Assembly: GCA_017465345.1 (NCBI GenBank)
Contig: JAFTWI010000083.1
Location: 1 to 61,711 of the forward strand
Direction of reading: 5' to 3'
Origin: Oscillospiraceae bacterium
GTDB taxonomy: Bacteria > Bacillota > Clostridia > Oscillospirales > Ruminococcaceae
Length of the DNA: 61,711 bases
Below the pieces are notes generated by a model, which did no database searches, was not told where the DNA came from, and saw only the letters and a list, made by a program, of their open reading frames with translations. The position numbers were made by a program, and so were the translations under genes. Shown here in pieces: positions 38,943 to 48,761 of the stretch (its first letter is position 1; each line of letters starts with the position of its first letter).

Positions 38943-40136
38943 ATGAAAGTAATTATAAACGTTCTGTTGTATCTCATGGCAATAGGTATCGGAGTAGCCT
39001 TTGCGCTTGTCTTGTCAGCCTCGGTAGGCTGGACTTTTGTTTATATGCTTGTCTGTGCACCGATTTTCTCTTTCTTTATCACGCTGTTTCTGACACGGAA
39101 AAACAGAGTAACAGTAATTTCCGATATTGACCGAACAATGCTCTATAAAGGTGAGCAGGCTACGCTGAAAATTACCGTGCGCAATAAAAGTATATTTCCT
39201 GTGCCTGCGGTGAAGCTTAACCTGTCAATGACAGGGGGACTTATTCCCGAGGATACTTGCAGCAGCTTCGTTGTAAGCGTGCCGCCGAGAAGCGAAAGCA
39301 CTGTAGAAATAAAATATCGTGCAAAGGTATGGGGCAGATTTGCAGTTGGTGCGGAAAGTGTGTTTATGCACGATTTTATGAGTTTTTTCAAGTTCCGTCT
39401 TCCCTGTGTAAATTCTGTCAGCGAAGTAAAGGTTTTCCCCGATATTCCCGAAATACAGGGTGACTCTCCATTTCTGCGTTCAGCCGCTGAAATGGCACGC
39501 TTTGCCGACGATACAGAGGAAACAACCGAAAGCGAAAGCGTAACAGGCTTTTCGGGAATGCCAGGATACACCCATAGAGAATATGTGGAGGGAGACCCTG
39601 TCCGACGTATCAATTGGAAGCTTTCATCAAAGCGTGATAAGTATATGGTGCGCCTTGACGACGAAATAGAGTCGGTAAGGCAGAATATCGTCCTCGACAG
39701 CGTCGGAGGAATAGACATCTATGAAAATGAGCGAGCTGTTGAGGGTATGCTTGCCGCCGCACTGGGATTGCTGAAATGCGGCTTTGAGTCAACGGTTTAC
39801 TGCCGATTTAATAGCGTTTGTACCAAATTTGAAATTACCGAACCAGCCGATGTTTCAGCATTGCAGGTAAGACTTGCGGATTTTAGCTTTGAACACCCGT
39901 TTACAGGTCAGAAAATCCGTAATCGTGTCCCTGTTGATAATGTTCTTTCGGGAGGAAATTCTGGAGCGTTAATGTTGTATACTTCGATGCTTGACAAAGG
40001 ACTCAGCTCCGAAATTTCTGCAGCCGAGGGTCAAGGAATTACCTGTGCAGTTGTAACTTCAGAGAAAATGATAAAGAGCAGTGCCGAACACCTATGGAAA
40101 ATCAATGAGGATTATTCCGCCGAATTGATTACATGA
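38943..40136 (+). CDS. DUF58 domain protein (second copy)
   Basis: 397 aa. Two N-terminal TM segments. Signature HREYVEGDPVRRINWKLSSKRDKYMV. Confidence 0.85.
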   Translation: MKVIINVLLYLMAIGIGVAFALVLSASVGWTFVYMLVCAPIFSFFITLFLTRKNRVTVISDIDRTMLYKGEQATLKITVRNKSIFPVPAVKLNLSMTGGLIPEDTCSSFVVSVPPRSESTVEIKYRAKVWGRFAVGAESVFMHDFMSFFKFRLPCVNSVSEVKVFPDIPEIQGDSPFLRSAAEMARFADDTEETTESESVTGFSGMPGYTHREYVEGDPVRRINWKLSSKRDKYMVRLDDEIESVRQNIVLDSVGGIDIYENERAVEGMLAAALGLLKCGFESTVYCRFNSVCTKFEITEPADVSALQVRLADFSFEHPFTGQKIRNRVPVDNVLSGGNSGALMLYTSMLDKGLSSEISAAEGQGITCAVVTSEKMIKSSAEHLWKINEDYSAELIT

Positions 40137-40250
40137 TTTTTTGTGGGTAAGTTTAGGTACACCAATCGTTGGACTTTGCCTCCGAAAACTGATATAATAC
40201 AATTGTAACGAACACAAATCGTTGTTCTCCTTTCTTCCTTTATACAAATG

Positions 40251-40295
40251 GCAAAGCTGTCTGTACCGTTAAGGGTACGGACAGCTTTGCTTTTT
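40251..40295 (+). terminator. Strong Rho-independent terminator
   Basis: 17-bp stem GCAAAGCTGTCTGTACC / GGTACGGACAGCTTTGC, followed by TTTTT. Confidence 0.85.
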
Positions 40296-40327
40296 GGTGA
40301 AAATTATGTGAAATAATATGGATATTG

Positions 40328-40356
40328 TTGACAATATTAATCTTCAAGAGTATAAT
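40328..40356 (+). promoter_or_regulatory. Consensus promoter of the MacB-like ABC gene
   Basis: TTGACA 40328-40333, 17 nt, TATAAT 40351-40356. Confidence 0.7.
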
Positions 40357-40431
40357 AATATAGCTAGGCACTTTTGCATTAAACAAGGTTACTAAGCGGT
40401 TTTATATAATAAAATTGGAGGCAGTATAATA

Positions 40432-43400
40432 ATGCTGGAACTGAAACAAATAAAAAAGGATTATCCCGCAGGTGACGGGGTTGTTCACGCTCTTAAAGGG
40501 ATTGACCTGCAATTCCGCAAGTCAGAATTCGTGTCCATTCTCGGACCGTCAGGCTGCGGTAAAACAACTATGCTTAATATCATCGGCGGTCTTGACGGAT
40601 ATTCCGAGGGTGACCTCGTTATTAACGGCACTTCTACAAAAAAATTCAAGGACAGAGATTGGGACGCTTACAGAAATCACTCCATCGGTTTCGTTTTCCA
40701 GAGCTATAACCTTATTCCACACCAGTCCGTGCTCCAGAATGTTGAGCTTGCACTTACACTTTCGGGTGTTTCCAAAGCTGAACGCCGTGAAAGAGCAAAG
40801 AAAGCTCTCGAAGATGTTGGGCTCGGTGACCAGCTGAAGAAAAAGCCAAGCGAAATGTCAGGCGGACAGATGCAGCGTGTTGCAATTGCACGTGCCCTCG
40901 TAAATAATCCTGATATTATCCTTGTGGACGAGCCTACAGGTGCCCTTGATACCGAAACCAGTGTTCAGGTAATGGAAATCCTCAAGAATATCTCTAAGGA
41001 CAGACTTATCGTTATGGTAACCCATAACCCTGAGCTCGCCGAGCAGTATTCCTCAAGAATAATCAGAATGCTTGACGGCGTAATTACCAATGACTCAATG
41101 CCACTTACCGAGGAAGAAATTGAAGCTGAAAATAAGGCTGTCGAGGAAGCAAATAAGAGTGCAAAGAAAACAAAGAAGCCTTCTATGTCATTCGGCACAT
41201 CATTTATGCTTTCACTGAAAAACCTGTTTACAAAGAAGGGTAGAACAATACTTACTTCCTTTGCAGGTTCAATCGGTATCATCGGTATCGCTCTTATCCT
41301 CGCAATTTCAACAGGTATGACAGCATACATCAACGATGTTCAGGAAAGCACACTCTCCGCTTATCCTCTTACTCTCGAAGCAACAACCGTTGAAATGTCT
41401 GCACTTATGGAAGCATTCATGAATGTTGATTCCGAGGAAACAGCCCACGAAAATGACGCTGTATATAAGAAAACCGCTCTTTACGATATGATCAACGCAA
41501 TGAACAATATCGAAACCAGCGAAAACGACCTCAAGGCATTCAGCGAATATCTTACATCAAGAATTACTGATGAAACCGATCCGCTCAAGGAAGCTGTTAA
41601 CGGTGTTCAGTACGGCTACGGTCTTGATCTTCAGCTTTATACTGAAACCGTAGACGATAAGATTATGTATACCAATCTGGAAGAAATCATCATTGACCTT
41701 ATGTTCCAGTATGTCGGCATGGATATGTCATCAATGGTGCAGATGTCCAACGCAAATATGGCAAGTATGTCCTCTATGAGCGGTATGGGCGGAGTAAAGC
41801 TTTGGCAGGAGCTTCTCCCCGGTGAAAACGGTGCACCAATAAATGACCTTATCCTTGACCAGTATGAAGTTGTGTACGGCGCATGGCCTAATAGCTATGA
41901 CGAGGTTGTACTTGTTGTAGACAAGAATAACGAGCTTGATGATATCGTACTTTACGCACTTGGTCTTGTTTCCGAAGGAGAAATTGAAGACCTTGCTTCT
42001 GCTGCAATCGACAAGGTTGAACTCAATGACCGTGGAACAACAAGATGGTCTTATGAGGATATCTGCAATACCGAATATAAGACAATCCTCAACGCAGATT
42101 GCTATCACTATGACGAAGCAACAGGACTTTACACAGATATGCGTGAAACAGAAGCTGGCCTTCGTTACCTCTATGACAACGCATTGTCTATGAAGGTGTC
42201 AGGTATTATCCGTCCTAAGGAAGATACCGATACAGCTATGATTACAGGTTATATTGCATACACAAGCGACCTTACAAAGTATCTTATCGAGAAGGCTGAT
42301 GAAACAGATGTAGTCAAGGCGCAGCTTGAAAATCCCGATAGTGATGTAATTACTGGACTTCCATTCGACTCCACAACAGGAAGTCTTTCCGACGAGGATA
42401 AAAAGACAGCTCTTATTGAGTATCTCGAAGGACTTGATATGGCTGGTAAAGCAGCAGCTTACGTTGCAATCAGCTGTGTACCTGCTGATGATTTTGTTCA
42501 GCAGCAGATTGACGCAACTCTCGGCGCAATGACCCGTGAGGATATTGAAGCAACACTCTCCGAAGCTCTCGGTGCACAGGTAGGCGTATCTGTTGATGAA
42601 ATTACAGAGTACTTTGCATCAATGTCTGATGAGGAAATGAATGACTTCTTTGCTCAGATGATGAAAGAGCAGATTAAGGCTCAGTATGCAACAGAAGTAG
42701 CAATGCAGATGGCAGCAATGACTCCCGACCAGCTTGCAGCTGCCCTTGATATGGCAATTCCAACTTATACTGAGGAGCAGGCTGCCCTCTATTATGATGA
42801 GATTATGGTTTTCTCCGATTCCACATATGAGGACAACCTCAAGAAGATGGGATACGTTGATATGGATTACCCCGCAACAATCAACATCTATGCTTCTTCC
42901 TTTGAAAACAAGGATGTAATCGTTGAAGCGATTGACGAGTATAATTCCTCCGTTGAAGAACTTAAGCAGATTAAGTATACTGACTACCTTGGTATTATGA
43001 TGTCCTCAATCACAACAATTATCAACGCTATAACTTATGTTCTCATCGCATTTGTTGCAATTTCCCTCATCGTTTCCTCCATTATGATTGGTGTTATCAC
43101 ACTTATCTCCGTACAGGAAAGAACAAAGGAAATCGGTATCCTCCGTGCAATCGGTGCTTCAAAGAAGGACGTTTCAGGAATGTTCAATGCGGAAACAGTT
43201 ATCGTAGGCTTTACGGCAGGTCTCCTCGGCGTAGTTGTAACATATATTCTCTGTATCCCAATCAATATCATTATGTATAAGCTTACCGATATCAGCAACC
43301 TTAAAGCGATACTTCCTGTCCCTGCAGCAGCAATCCTCGTCCTTATCAGCGTGCTTCTTACACTTATTTCCGGTATTATCCCATCAAGAAGCGCAGCAAA

Positions 43401-43434
43401 GAAAGACCCTGTTGTTGCACTCCGTACAGAATAA
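40432..43434 (+). CDS. Fused ABC ATPase / FtsX-type permease (MacB-like) with a large extracytoplasmic domain
   Basis: 1000 aa. N-terminal ATPase ([35 protein letters not shown]). First TM near residue 270. About 600 aa extracytoplasmic. C-terminal FtsX 3-TM bundle. Confidence 0.9.
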   Translation: MLELKQIKKDYPAGDGVVHALKGIDLQFRKSEFVSILGPSGCGKTTMLNIIGGLDGYSEGDLVINGTSTKKFKDRDWDAYRNHSIGFVFQSYNLIPHQSVLQNVELALTLSGVSKAERRERAKKALEDVGLGDQLKKKPSEMSGGQMQRVAIARALVNNPDIILVDEPTGALDTETSVQVMEILKNISKDRLIVMVTHNPELAEQYSSRIIRMLDGVITNDSMPLTEEEIEAENKAVEEANKSAKKTKKPSMSFGTSFMLSLKNLFTKKGRTILTSFAGSIGIIGIALILAISTGMTAYINDVQESTLSAYPLTLEATTVEMSALMEAFMNVDSEETAHENDAVYKKTALYDMINAMNNIETSENDLKAFSEYLTSRITDETDPLKEAVNGVQYGYGLDLQLYTETVDDKIMYTNLEEIIIDLMFQYVGMDMSSMVQMSNANMASMSSMSGMGGVKLWQELLPGENGAPINDLILDQYEVVYGAWPNSYDEVVLVVDKNNELDDIVLYALGLVSEGEIEDLASAAIDKVELNDRGTTRWSYEDICNTEYKTILNADCYHYDEATGLYTDMRETEAGLRYLYDNALSMKVSGIIRPKEDTDTAMITGYIAYTSDLTKYLIEKADETDVVKAQLENPDSDVITGLPFDSTTGSLSDEDKKTALIEYLEGLDMAGKAAAYVAISCVPADDFVQQQIDATLGAMTREDIEATLSEALGAQVGVSVDEITEYFASMSDEEMNDFFAQMMKEQIKAQYATEVAMQMAAMTPDQLAAALDMAIPTYTEEQAALYYDEIMVFSDSTYEDNLKKMGYVDMDYPATINIYASSFENKDVIVEAIDEYNSSVEELKQIKYTDYLGIMMSSITTIINAITYVLIAFVAISLIVSSIMIGVITLISVQERTKEIGILRAIGASKKDVSGMFNAETVIVGFTAGLLGVVVTYILCIPINIIMYKLTDISNLKAILPVPAAAILVLISVLLTLISGIIPSRSAAKKDPVVALRTE

Positions 43435-43441
43435 TAATCCA

Positions 43442-43472
43442 AACGGCAAGGCTCAGTCCTTGCCGTTTTTGT
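43442..43472 (+). terminator. Rho-independent terminator
   Basis: AAACGGCAAGG/CCTTGCCGTTT stem followed by a T-run. Confidence 0.8.
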
Positions 43473-43480
43473 TGTCAAAA

Positions 43481-43513
43481 GTTGTTGACAAATCAACAAC
43501 CTGGTTGTATAAT
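43481..43513 (+). promoter_or_regulatory. marR promoter with overlapping palindromic operator
   Basis: Perfect inverted repeat GTTGTTGA-caaa-TCAACAAC (43481-43500) covers the -35 TTGACA (43485-43490). TATAAT lies at 43508-43513 after a 17-nt spacer. Confidence 0.7.
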
Positions 43514-43555
43514 ATAAATGTTGATTTGCTGAAAATTTACTACGGAGGAAAATAT

Positions 43556-43993
43556 ATGATAGACCGTTTTGAAAAATTCTCATATTTTATTTCTGAAATA
43601 TCCCATCATTGGCATAAAATCTCTGCTGACGTTATGAATGAGTATGGACTGAAAGGTCCGTATTCGGTGTACTTTACAGCTTTGTATCAGTACCCCGACG
43701 GAATAACAGCCACAAAGCTGTGCGAGCTTTGTTCAAGAGATAAAGCAGATGTGTCACGTGCAGCAACTCTTATGGAGCAGAAAAATCTGCTTGTAAAAGA
43801 AGGCTCCAACTACAGAGCACTCCTCAAGCTTACCCAAGAGGGAAAAGTAGTTGCCGAGCAGATAAAGAAACGTGCAGAAGCTGCTGTCGGATACGGCGGA
43901 AGAGGTCTGACCGATGAACAGAGAACTGTTTTTTATATTGCTCTTGAAATCGTGTGCAGCAATTTGCAGGAATTGAGTGAGAAAGGATTGTAA
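43556..43993 (+). CDS. MarR family transcriptional regulator
   Basis: Start MIDRFEKF after a GGAGG RBS. Winged-helix pattern ITATKLCELCSRDKADVSRAATLMEQKNLLVKE. Confidence 0.85.
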   Translation: MIDRFEKFSYFISEISHHWHKISADVMNEYGLKGPYSVYFTALYQYPDGITATKLCELCSRDKADVSRAATLMEQKNLLVKEGSNYRALLKLTQEGKVVAEQIKKRAEAAVGYGGRGLTDEQRTVFYIALEIVCSNLQELSEKGL

Positions 43994-43995
43994 CA

Positions 43996-45206
43996 GTGAA
44001 TATTGCAAAAAAAGTTTACTGCCGAATTTTTCAGGGAGCATTCCATCTTGCACTTCCTGTAATGCCATACAGAGAGCCTGTCTGTCTCGACAGCCTTGCA
44101 AAGCTTCCCAACCTTATGACCGAGAAAGGTATCAAATCCGTGCTCCTCGTAACTGATGAATTTCTCAGCAGTACCGATGGATTTAAGACACTTGAAAAAT
44201 CACTGAAAGAAAAGGGAATTAACTGTGCTGTCTACAGCAAGACCTGTCCAAACCCTATCGTACATAACGTTGAGGACGCAAGAGAAATATATGTCAAGGA
44301 AAAATGTGAAGCACTCATAGCTTACGGCGGCGGTTCACCTATGGACTGCGCAAAGGGCGTAGGTGCAAGAATTGCCTATCCAAACAAACCTATGAGCAAG
44401 CTTAAAGGACTGCTCAAGGTGCTGAAAAAATACCTCTCCTCATTGCTGTCCCCACAACAGCAGGAACAGGAAGCGAGGTAACCTTGACAGCTGTTATTAC
44501 CGACAGTGAAAAGAAGCATAAGTATACAATGAATGACTTTACACTTATCCCGAGCTATGCAGTCCTCGACCCTACCGTTACATACTCCCTGCCTCCGTCA
44601 CTTACCGCAACAACAGGTATGGATGCACTGACCCACGCAGTTGAAGCCTACATAGGCGGCTCTACAACAAAGGAAACACGCCGTTGTGCACTTGAAGCAA
44701 CAGAGCTTATCTTCAAAAATATCGAAACCGCATATAGCGACGGTGCAAACCATACTGCAAGAAAAAATATGCTTGAAGCCGCATACAAAGCAGGCATCGC
44801 CTTTTCAAAGTCTTATGTAGGTTACGTCCACGCTGTTGCACATTCCCTCGGCGGTCAGTATAACGTCCCCCACGGCTTTGCAAACTCCGTGCTTATGCCG
44901 ATTGTTCTTGAGGAGTATGGTGAAACCGCACATAAAAAGCTTCACCAGCTTGCTGTGGCAGCAGGTGTTGCAGCCGAAAGGGACTCTGATGCAGAAGGCG
45001 CAAAGAAGTTCATCGCCGCAATCAAGGAACTCAACAGCAGAATGGGTATTCCCGAAACAATCAGCGGCATAAAAAAAGAGGACATCCCTCTTATGGCTTC
45101 TCATGCAGATAAAGAAGCAAATCCTCTTTATCCAGTGCCGAAGCTTATGAATGCTAAGGAACTGGAGAAATTTTATTACGCCGTAGCAGATTGGAGCAAG
45201 GATTGA
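43996..45206 (+). pseudogene. Iron-containing alcohol dehydrogenase, split by a 1-nt frameshift in an A-run
   Basis: ORFs 43996..44481 and 44484..45206 are the N and C halves of one Fe-ADH. After the A6 run at 44425-44430, the other frame reads IPLLIAVPTTAGTGSEVT, the conserved Fe-ADH motif. One extra A would restore a single ~400-aa ORF. Confidence 0.85.
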
Positions 45207-46579
45207 TGAATATAGACAACATCTTACGGAGCCAGAAAAAATACTTTGCAAGCGGAGCAACATTACCCGTAAAGTTCCGCATTGAAATGCTGAAAAAGCT
45301 CTACAGCACTGTTAAAAAGTACGAAAAGGAAATCGGTGAAGCTCTGAAAGCCGATTTGGGTAAAAGTGACTTTGAAGCCTTTATGTGTGAAACAGGAATG
45401 GTGCTCAGTGAAATCAGCTACATGATTAAGCATACAAGAAAATTTGCCTCCAATCATTATGTCTGGTCACCACTTGCACAGTTTGCTTCAACCAGCTATA
45501 AAAAGCCTACTCCGTACGGAAATGTGCTCGTGATGAGCCCTTGGAATTATCCGTTTCTGCTTACAATCGACCCACTCGCAGATGCTATCGCAGCAGGCAA
45601 TACCGTTGTTGTCAAGCCAAGCGCATACTCACCTGCAACAAGCGAGATGGTGAAGAAAATCATTGAAGAATGTTTTCCTACCGAATATGTCGCAGTAGTA
45701 ACAGGGGGACGCAAGGAAAACGCCGAGCTTCTGAACAAGAAGTTTGATTTTGTCTTTTTTACAGGCAGTCAGAATGTAGGCAGAGAGGTGCTCCGTCATA
45801 CAGCTGAAAATCTCACTCCTGCTGTGCTTGAACTTGGAGGAAAAAGTCCCTGCATCGTGGATAGTTCAGCCAAAATCAAGCTTGCCGCAAAAAGAATTGT
45901 TTTTGGCAAGTACCTCAACTGCGGTCAGACTTGCGTTGCACCTGACTATATTCTTTGCGAAAAATCCATCAAGGACGAGCTTATTGCGGAAATCAAAAAT
46001 CAGATTAATAAGCAGTACAGTGAAACTCCGCTGAGTAACCCCGATTACGGAAAAATTATCAACAGCAAGCATTTCGAGCGTCTTTGCGGACTTATCAATA
46101 GCAGTAAGGTTGTCCACGGCGGAGAAACCAATCCCGATACATTGCAGATTGCTCCAACCGTTATGGATAACGTAAGCTGGGATGATGCTGTAATGCAGGA
46201 GGAAATCTTCGGACCTATTATGCCTGTTCTCACTTACGATAAGTTCGACGATATCTTTGAAATTCTTCGTGATAAGCAGAAACCGCTTGCACTCTATATC
46301 TTTTCCGAAAACAAGTCTCATATCAAAGCAGTTACTGCATGTATTCAGTATGGCGGAGGCTGTGTGAATGACACTATTATCCACTTGGCAACAAGTGAAA
46401 TGGGATTCGGCGGAGTAGGCGAAAGCGGTATGGGCAGCTATCACGGCAAGGAAGGTTTCGATGTGTTCTCCCACACAAAGAGCATCGTTGACAAAAAAAC
46501 ATGGATGGATTTGCCAATGCGTTACCAGCCTTATAACAGAGGTATATACGCAAAGCTTCTTCATATCTTCCTTAAATAA
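45206..46579 (+). CDS. NAD(P)-dependent aldehyde dehydrogenase (ALDH3-like)
   Basis: Start MNIDNIL, with an ATGA overlap onto the ADH stop. Motifs PWNYPF, FTGS, ELGGKSP, GQTCVAPDY and EEIFGP. Confidence 0.9.
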   Translation: MNIDNILRSQKKYFASGATLPVKFRIEMLKKLYSTVKKYEKEIGEALKADLGKSDFEAFMCETGMVLSEISYMIKHTRKFASNHYVWSPLAQFASTSYKKPTPYGNVLVMSPWNYPFLLTIDPLADAIAAGNTVVVKPSAYSPATSEMVKKIIEECFPTEYVAVVTGGRKENAELLNKKFDFVFFTGSQNVGREVLRHTAENLTPAVLELGGKSPCIVDSSAKIKLAAKRIVFGKYLNCGQTCVAPDYILCEKSIKDELIAEIKNQINKQYSETPLSNPDYGKIINSKHFERLCGLINSSKVVHGGETNPDTLQIAPTVMDNVSWDDAVMQEEIFGPIMPVLTYDKFDDIFEILRDKQKPLALYIFSENKSHIKAVTACIQYGGGCVNDTIIHLATSEMGFGGVGESGMGSYHGKEGFDVFSHTKSIVDKKTWMDLPMRYQPYNRGIYAKLLHIFLK

Positions 46580-46614
46580 AAAATGCATTATCATATGAGA
46601 AGTATTGCTTTAGA

Positions 46615-46656
46615 AAATGCTGCATCTTCATTTTAAAGATGCAGCATTTCTTTTTG
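46615..46656 (+). terminator. Rho-independent terminator
   Basis: AAATGCTGCATCTT/AAGATGCAGCATTT stem followed by a T-run. Confidence 0.8.
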
Positions 46657-46802
46657 TCAGAGCTAAATTTAATAAAAATCACATAACAAAGCTCTGTATA
46701 TTATTTGTACATAAAAAACGAGAATAATATACATATTCTGAAGCTATACTATAATCATGTAAAAGCGGTATGACAAAATGTTAATATAAACGGAGGGTTT
46801 TG

Positions 46803-48128
46803 ATGGAACATATAAAATTGCAGTTAGGTGCATTGATAGTTCTGATTTACATAGCATTTATTTATCTTAGGGAGTGTAAAAAATATCACAGAGAGCTGAC
46901 CGAAACACTCTTTGATGAACTTCTGTTGCTGGGAGTTATCAGTGTAATTCTTGACGGTGCAACAGCATTTACAGTAAACAACCTCGATATAGTTCACCCC
47001 GTTGTAAATACAATTCTGCATGCCCTTTTTCTTGTAAGCCTTGACGCTGTAATTTTTGTGCTTTTTCTGTATATGCTGCATATTACTGAAACGTACCCTA
47101 AAGGCAGAAAGTATCAGATTTTGCTGTTTCTACCGTTTGTGCTTAACGTAATTGTTGTAGTCTGCTTTATTGACGGACTTGAGTATGTCGAGGGAGCATA
47201 TACTAACTATTCAATGGGTGTTTCAGCGTATACCTGTTATATAATGTCAGCAATATATATTATTCTGACCGTGGCAACCTTTTTCAGAAGCTGGAAAAAA
47301 ATCGAAAGTCACCGACGAACAAGTATCTTTACATATCTTGTAATTCTTGTTTCTGTAACAACCATTCAGATGATTTTCCCCGAAATTCTTATCTCCAGCA
47401 TCGCTGTAACGATTTTCATTCTTGGTATATATATGAATCAGGAGGACCCTGCCCTGCGTGAGCTTTCAAAGTATCATAACGAAACCGTAATGAGCTTTGC
47501 AAACCTCATAGAAAACCGTGATAACAATACAGGCGGTCATATTAAGCGTACTGTGAGATATGTGCGACTGATAACGGACGAGCTTCGTGAAAGGGATTAC
47601 TACAGCGATATCCTTACAGATGAGTATGTTGCAAATCTCCTCAAATCAGCTCCAATGCACGATATCGGAAAAATTTCTGTCCCCGATGCAGTGCTCTGTA
47701 AACCCGGCAGACTTACCAATGAGGAGTTTGAACAGATGAAGCAGCATACTGAAAAAGGCGGAGATATTATCCGTGAAACTTTTCGTAATCTCGGCAATGA
47801 GGAGTACCGTAAAGTTGCTTTCGAAGTAGCTCGCTTTCACCATGAAAAATGGAATGGCAAAGGGTATCCTGACGGCTTGAAACGTAAGGAAATACCTTTG
47901 TGTGCAAGAATTATGGCAGTAGCCGACGTATTTGATGCAATCTCCGAGAATCGCTGTTACAGAGCTGCAATGCCAATGGATAAATGTTTTGAAATCATCG
48001 CACAGGGCAGCGGTCAGGACTTTGACCCATTGATTGCCGAGCTTTTTGTAGAAATTCGTGATAAAGTAGAAGCTGCCCACGCAGACCTTGCAGGCAGTAG
48101 TGACGATGACGTTCATAAGTTGTTCTGA
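46803..48128 (+). CDS. Membrane HD-GYP domain protein (putative c-di-GMP phosphodiesterase)
   Basis: ATG at 46803 after a GGAGGG RBS. About 6-7 N-terminal TM segments. HDIGKISVPD and HHEKWNGKGYPDG motifs. Confidence 0.9.
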   Translation: MEHIKLQLGALIVLIYIAFIYLRECKKYHRELTETLFDELLLLGVISVILDGATAFTVNNLDIVHPVVNTILHALFLVSLDAVIFVLFLYMLHITETYPKGRKYQILLFLPFVLNVIVVVCFIDGLEYVEGAYTNYSMGVSAYTCYIMSAIYIILTVATFFRSWKKIESHRRTSIFTYLVILVSVTTIQMIFPEILISSIAVTIFILGIYMNQEDPALRELSKYHNETVMSFANLIENRDNNTGGHIKRTVRYVRLITDELRERDYYSDILTDEYVANLLKSAPMHDIGKISVPDAVLCKPGRLTNEEFEQMKQHTEKGGDIIRETFRNLGNEEYRKVAFEVARFHHEKWNGKGYPDGLKRKEIPLCARIMAVADVFDAISENRCYRAAMPMDKCFEIIAQGSGQDFDPLIAELFVEIRDKVEAAHADLAGSSDDDVHKLF

Positions 48129-48156
48129 TATTTTGTTCATGTTAATAATTATTGGA

Positions 48157-48189
48157 TTAGCACTCTTTTGTTAAGAGTGCTAATTTTTG
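48157..48189 (+). terminator. Rho-independent terminator of the HD-GYP gene; last clearly core sequence before the AT-rich island
   Basis: TTAGCACTCTT/AAGAGTGCTAA stem followed by TTTTT. Confidence 0.8.
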
Positions 48190-48340
48190 CTATATATCCA
48201 TAAAAATATCACATTTTATACACAATACACAGTTATACTATAATTGCAGAGAAAAAAGAGCCTTGGAAAACCAAGACTCTTCACGTGACACTTGTATGTG
48301 AGCAAAATAGTTGAGTGCAGTATAAATTATGTTACCGAGC

Positions 48341-48507
48341 AAAAAAATATCCGTTCCCCACAAAGTGAGAAACGGATTGGCTGCGCGGGTGCCGCGCTGG
48401 TGGAGATGAAGCGAAGCGGGAAGAACCCACATACAATTCAAACTGAACAAACGCCGTATCTACGGCGTTTAAAGCCCTTTCGGAAACGAAAGGGTTATTT
48501 CTTTTTT
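48341..48507. other. Structured non-coding region of four consecutive hairpins, orientation ambiguous
   Basis: Hairpins ATCCGTT..AACGGAT, GCGCGG-GTG-CCGCGC, ACGCCGTA-TC-TACGGCGT and CCCTTTCG-GAAA-CGAAAGGG. Bounded by an A7 run on the left and a T-rich run on the right, so either strand ends in a terminator-like hairpin plus U-tract. Confidence 0.4.
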
Positions 48508-48761
48508 GCGGCATCAGCTAAATCTATCAGCGAAGATACTCCTTCAACAGCACTGCAGATGTCCTTGTGTGCTCGTCTGGTTTCTCGTTTTGATGAAGCG
48601 AAATTAAAGAAATCCCAAAGATTGCACAGAAGCATTTTTATTATAGAAACTATCATTTTGGATAGAATAATCGGAATAATTATAGGCATAGCAGGTGCAA
48701 GTGGGAAAATAATACCTTTAATAAAAGCTTCAAACGTAGTAACAGAATCTATTTCAATCAT
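48495..48761 (-). CDS. Small membrane protein, unknown function
   Basis: 88 aa. GGAGG RBS 7 nt upstream. One long hydrophobic segment (GIIFPLAPAMPIIIPIILSKMIVSIIKMLL) and a basic C-terminal tail. Confidence 0.5.
   Translation of the reverse strand: MIEIDSVTTFEAFIKGIIFPLAPAMPIIIPIILSKMIVSIIKMLLCNLWDFFNFASSKRETRRAHKDICSAVEGVSSLIDLADAAKKK

Noticed and set aside
48399-48431. The minus strand reads GTGGGTTCTTCCCGCTTCGCTTCATCTCCACCA, which resembles a tRNA/tmRNA 3' end (T-arm plus CTCCACCA). A remnant of that kind could mark an att site.
   Set aside because: The putative T-loop lacks the conserved purine-A positions. The distance from the T-stem to CCA is 18 nt rather than 11. No complementary 5' acceptor strand (GGAGATG) occurs within 400 nt upstream on that strand.
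48341-48507. A possible riboswitch. I compared the region mentally with the TPP, c-di-GMP-I, glycine, THF, T-box and guanidine consensus cores.
   Set aside because: None of the conserved cores is present, for example no CTGAGA...ACCC...GAACCTGA for TPP and no ACGCAAAGC for GEMM-I. No downstream gene lies on the plus strand. I kept it only as an unclassified structured element.
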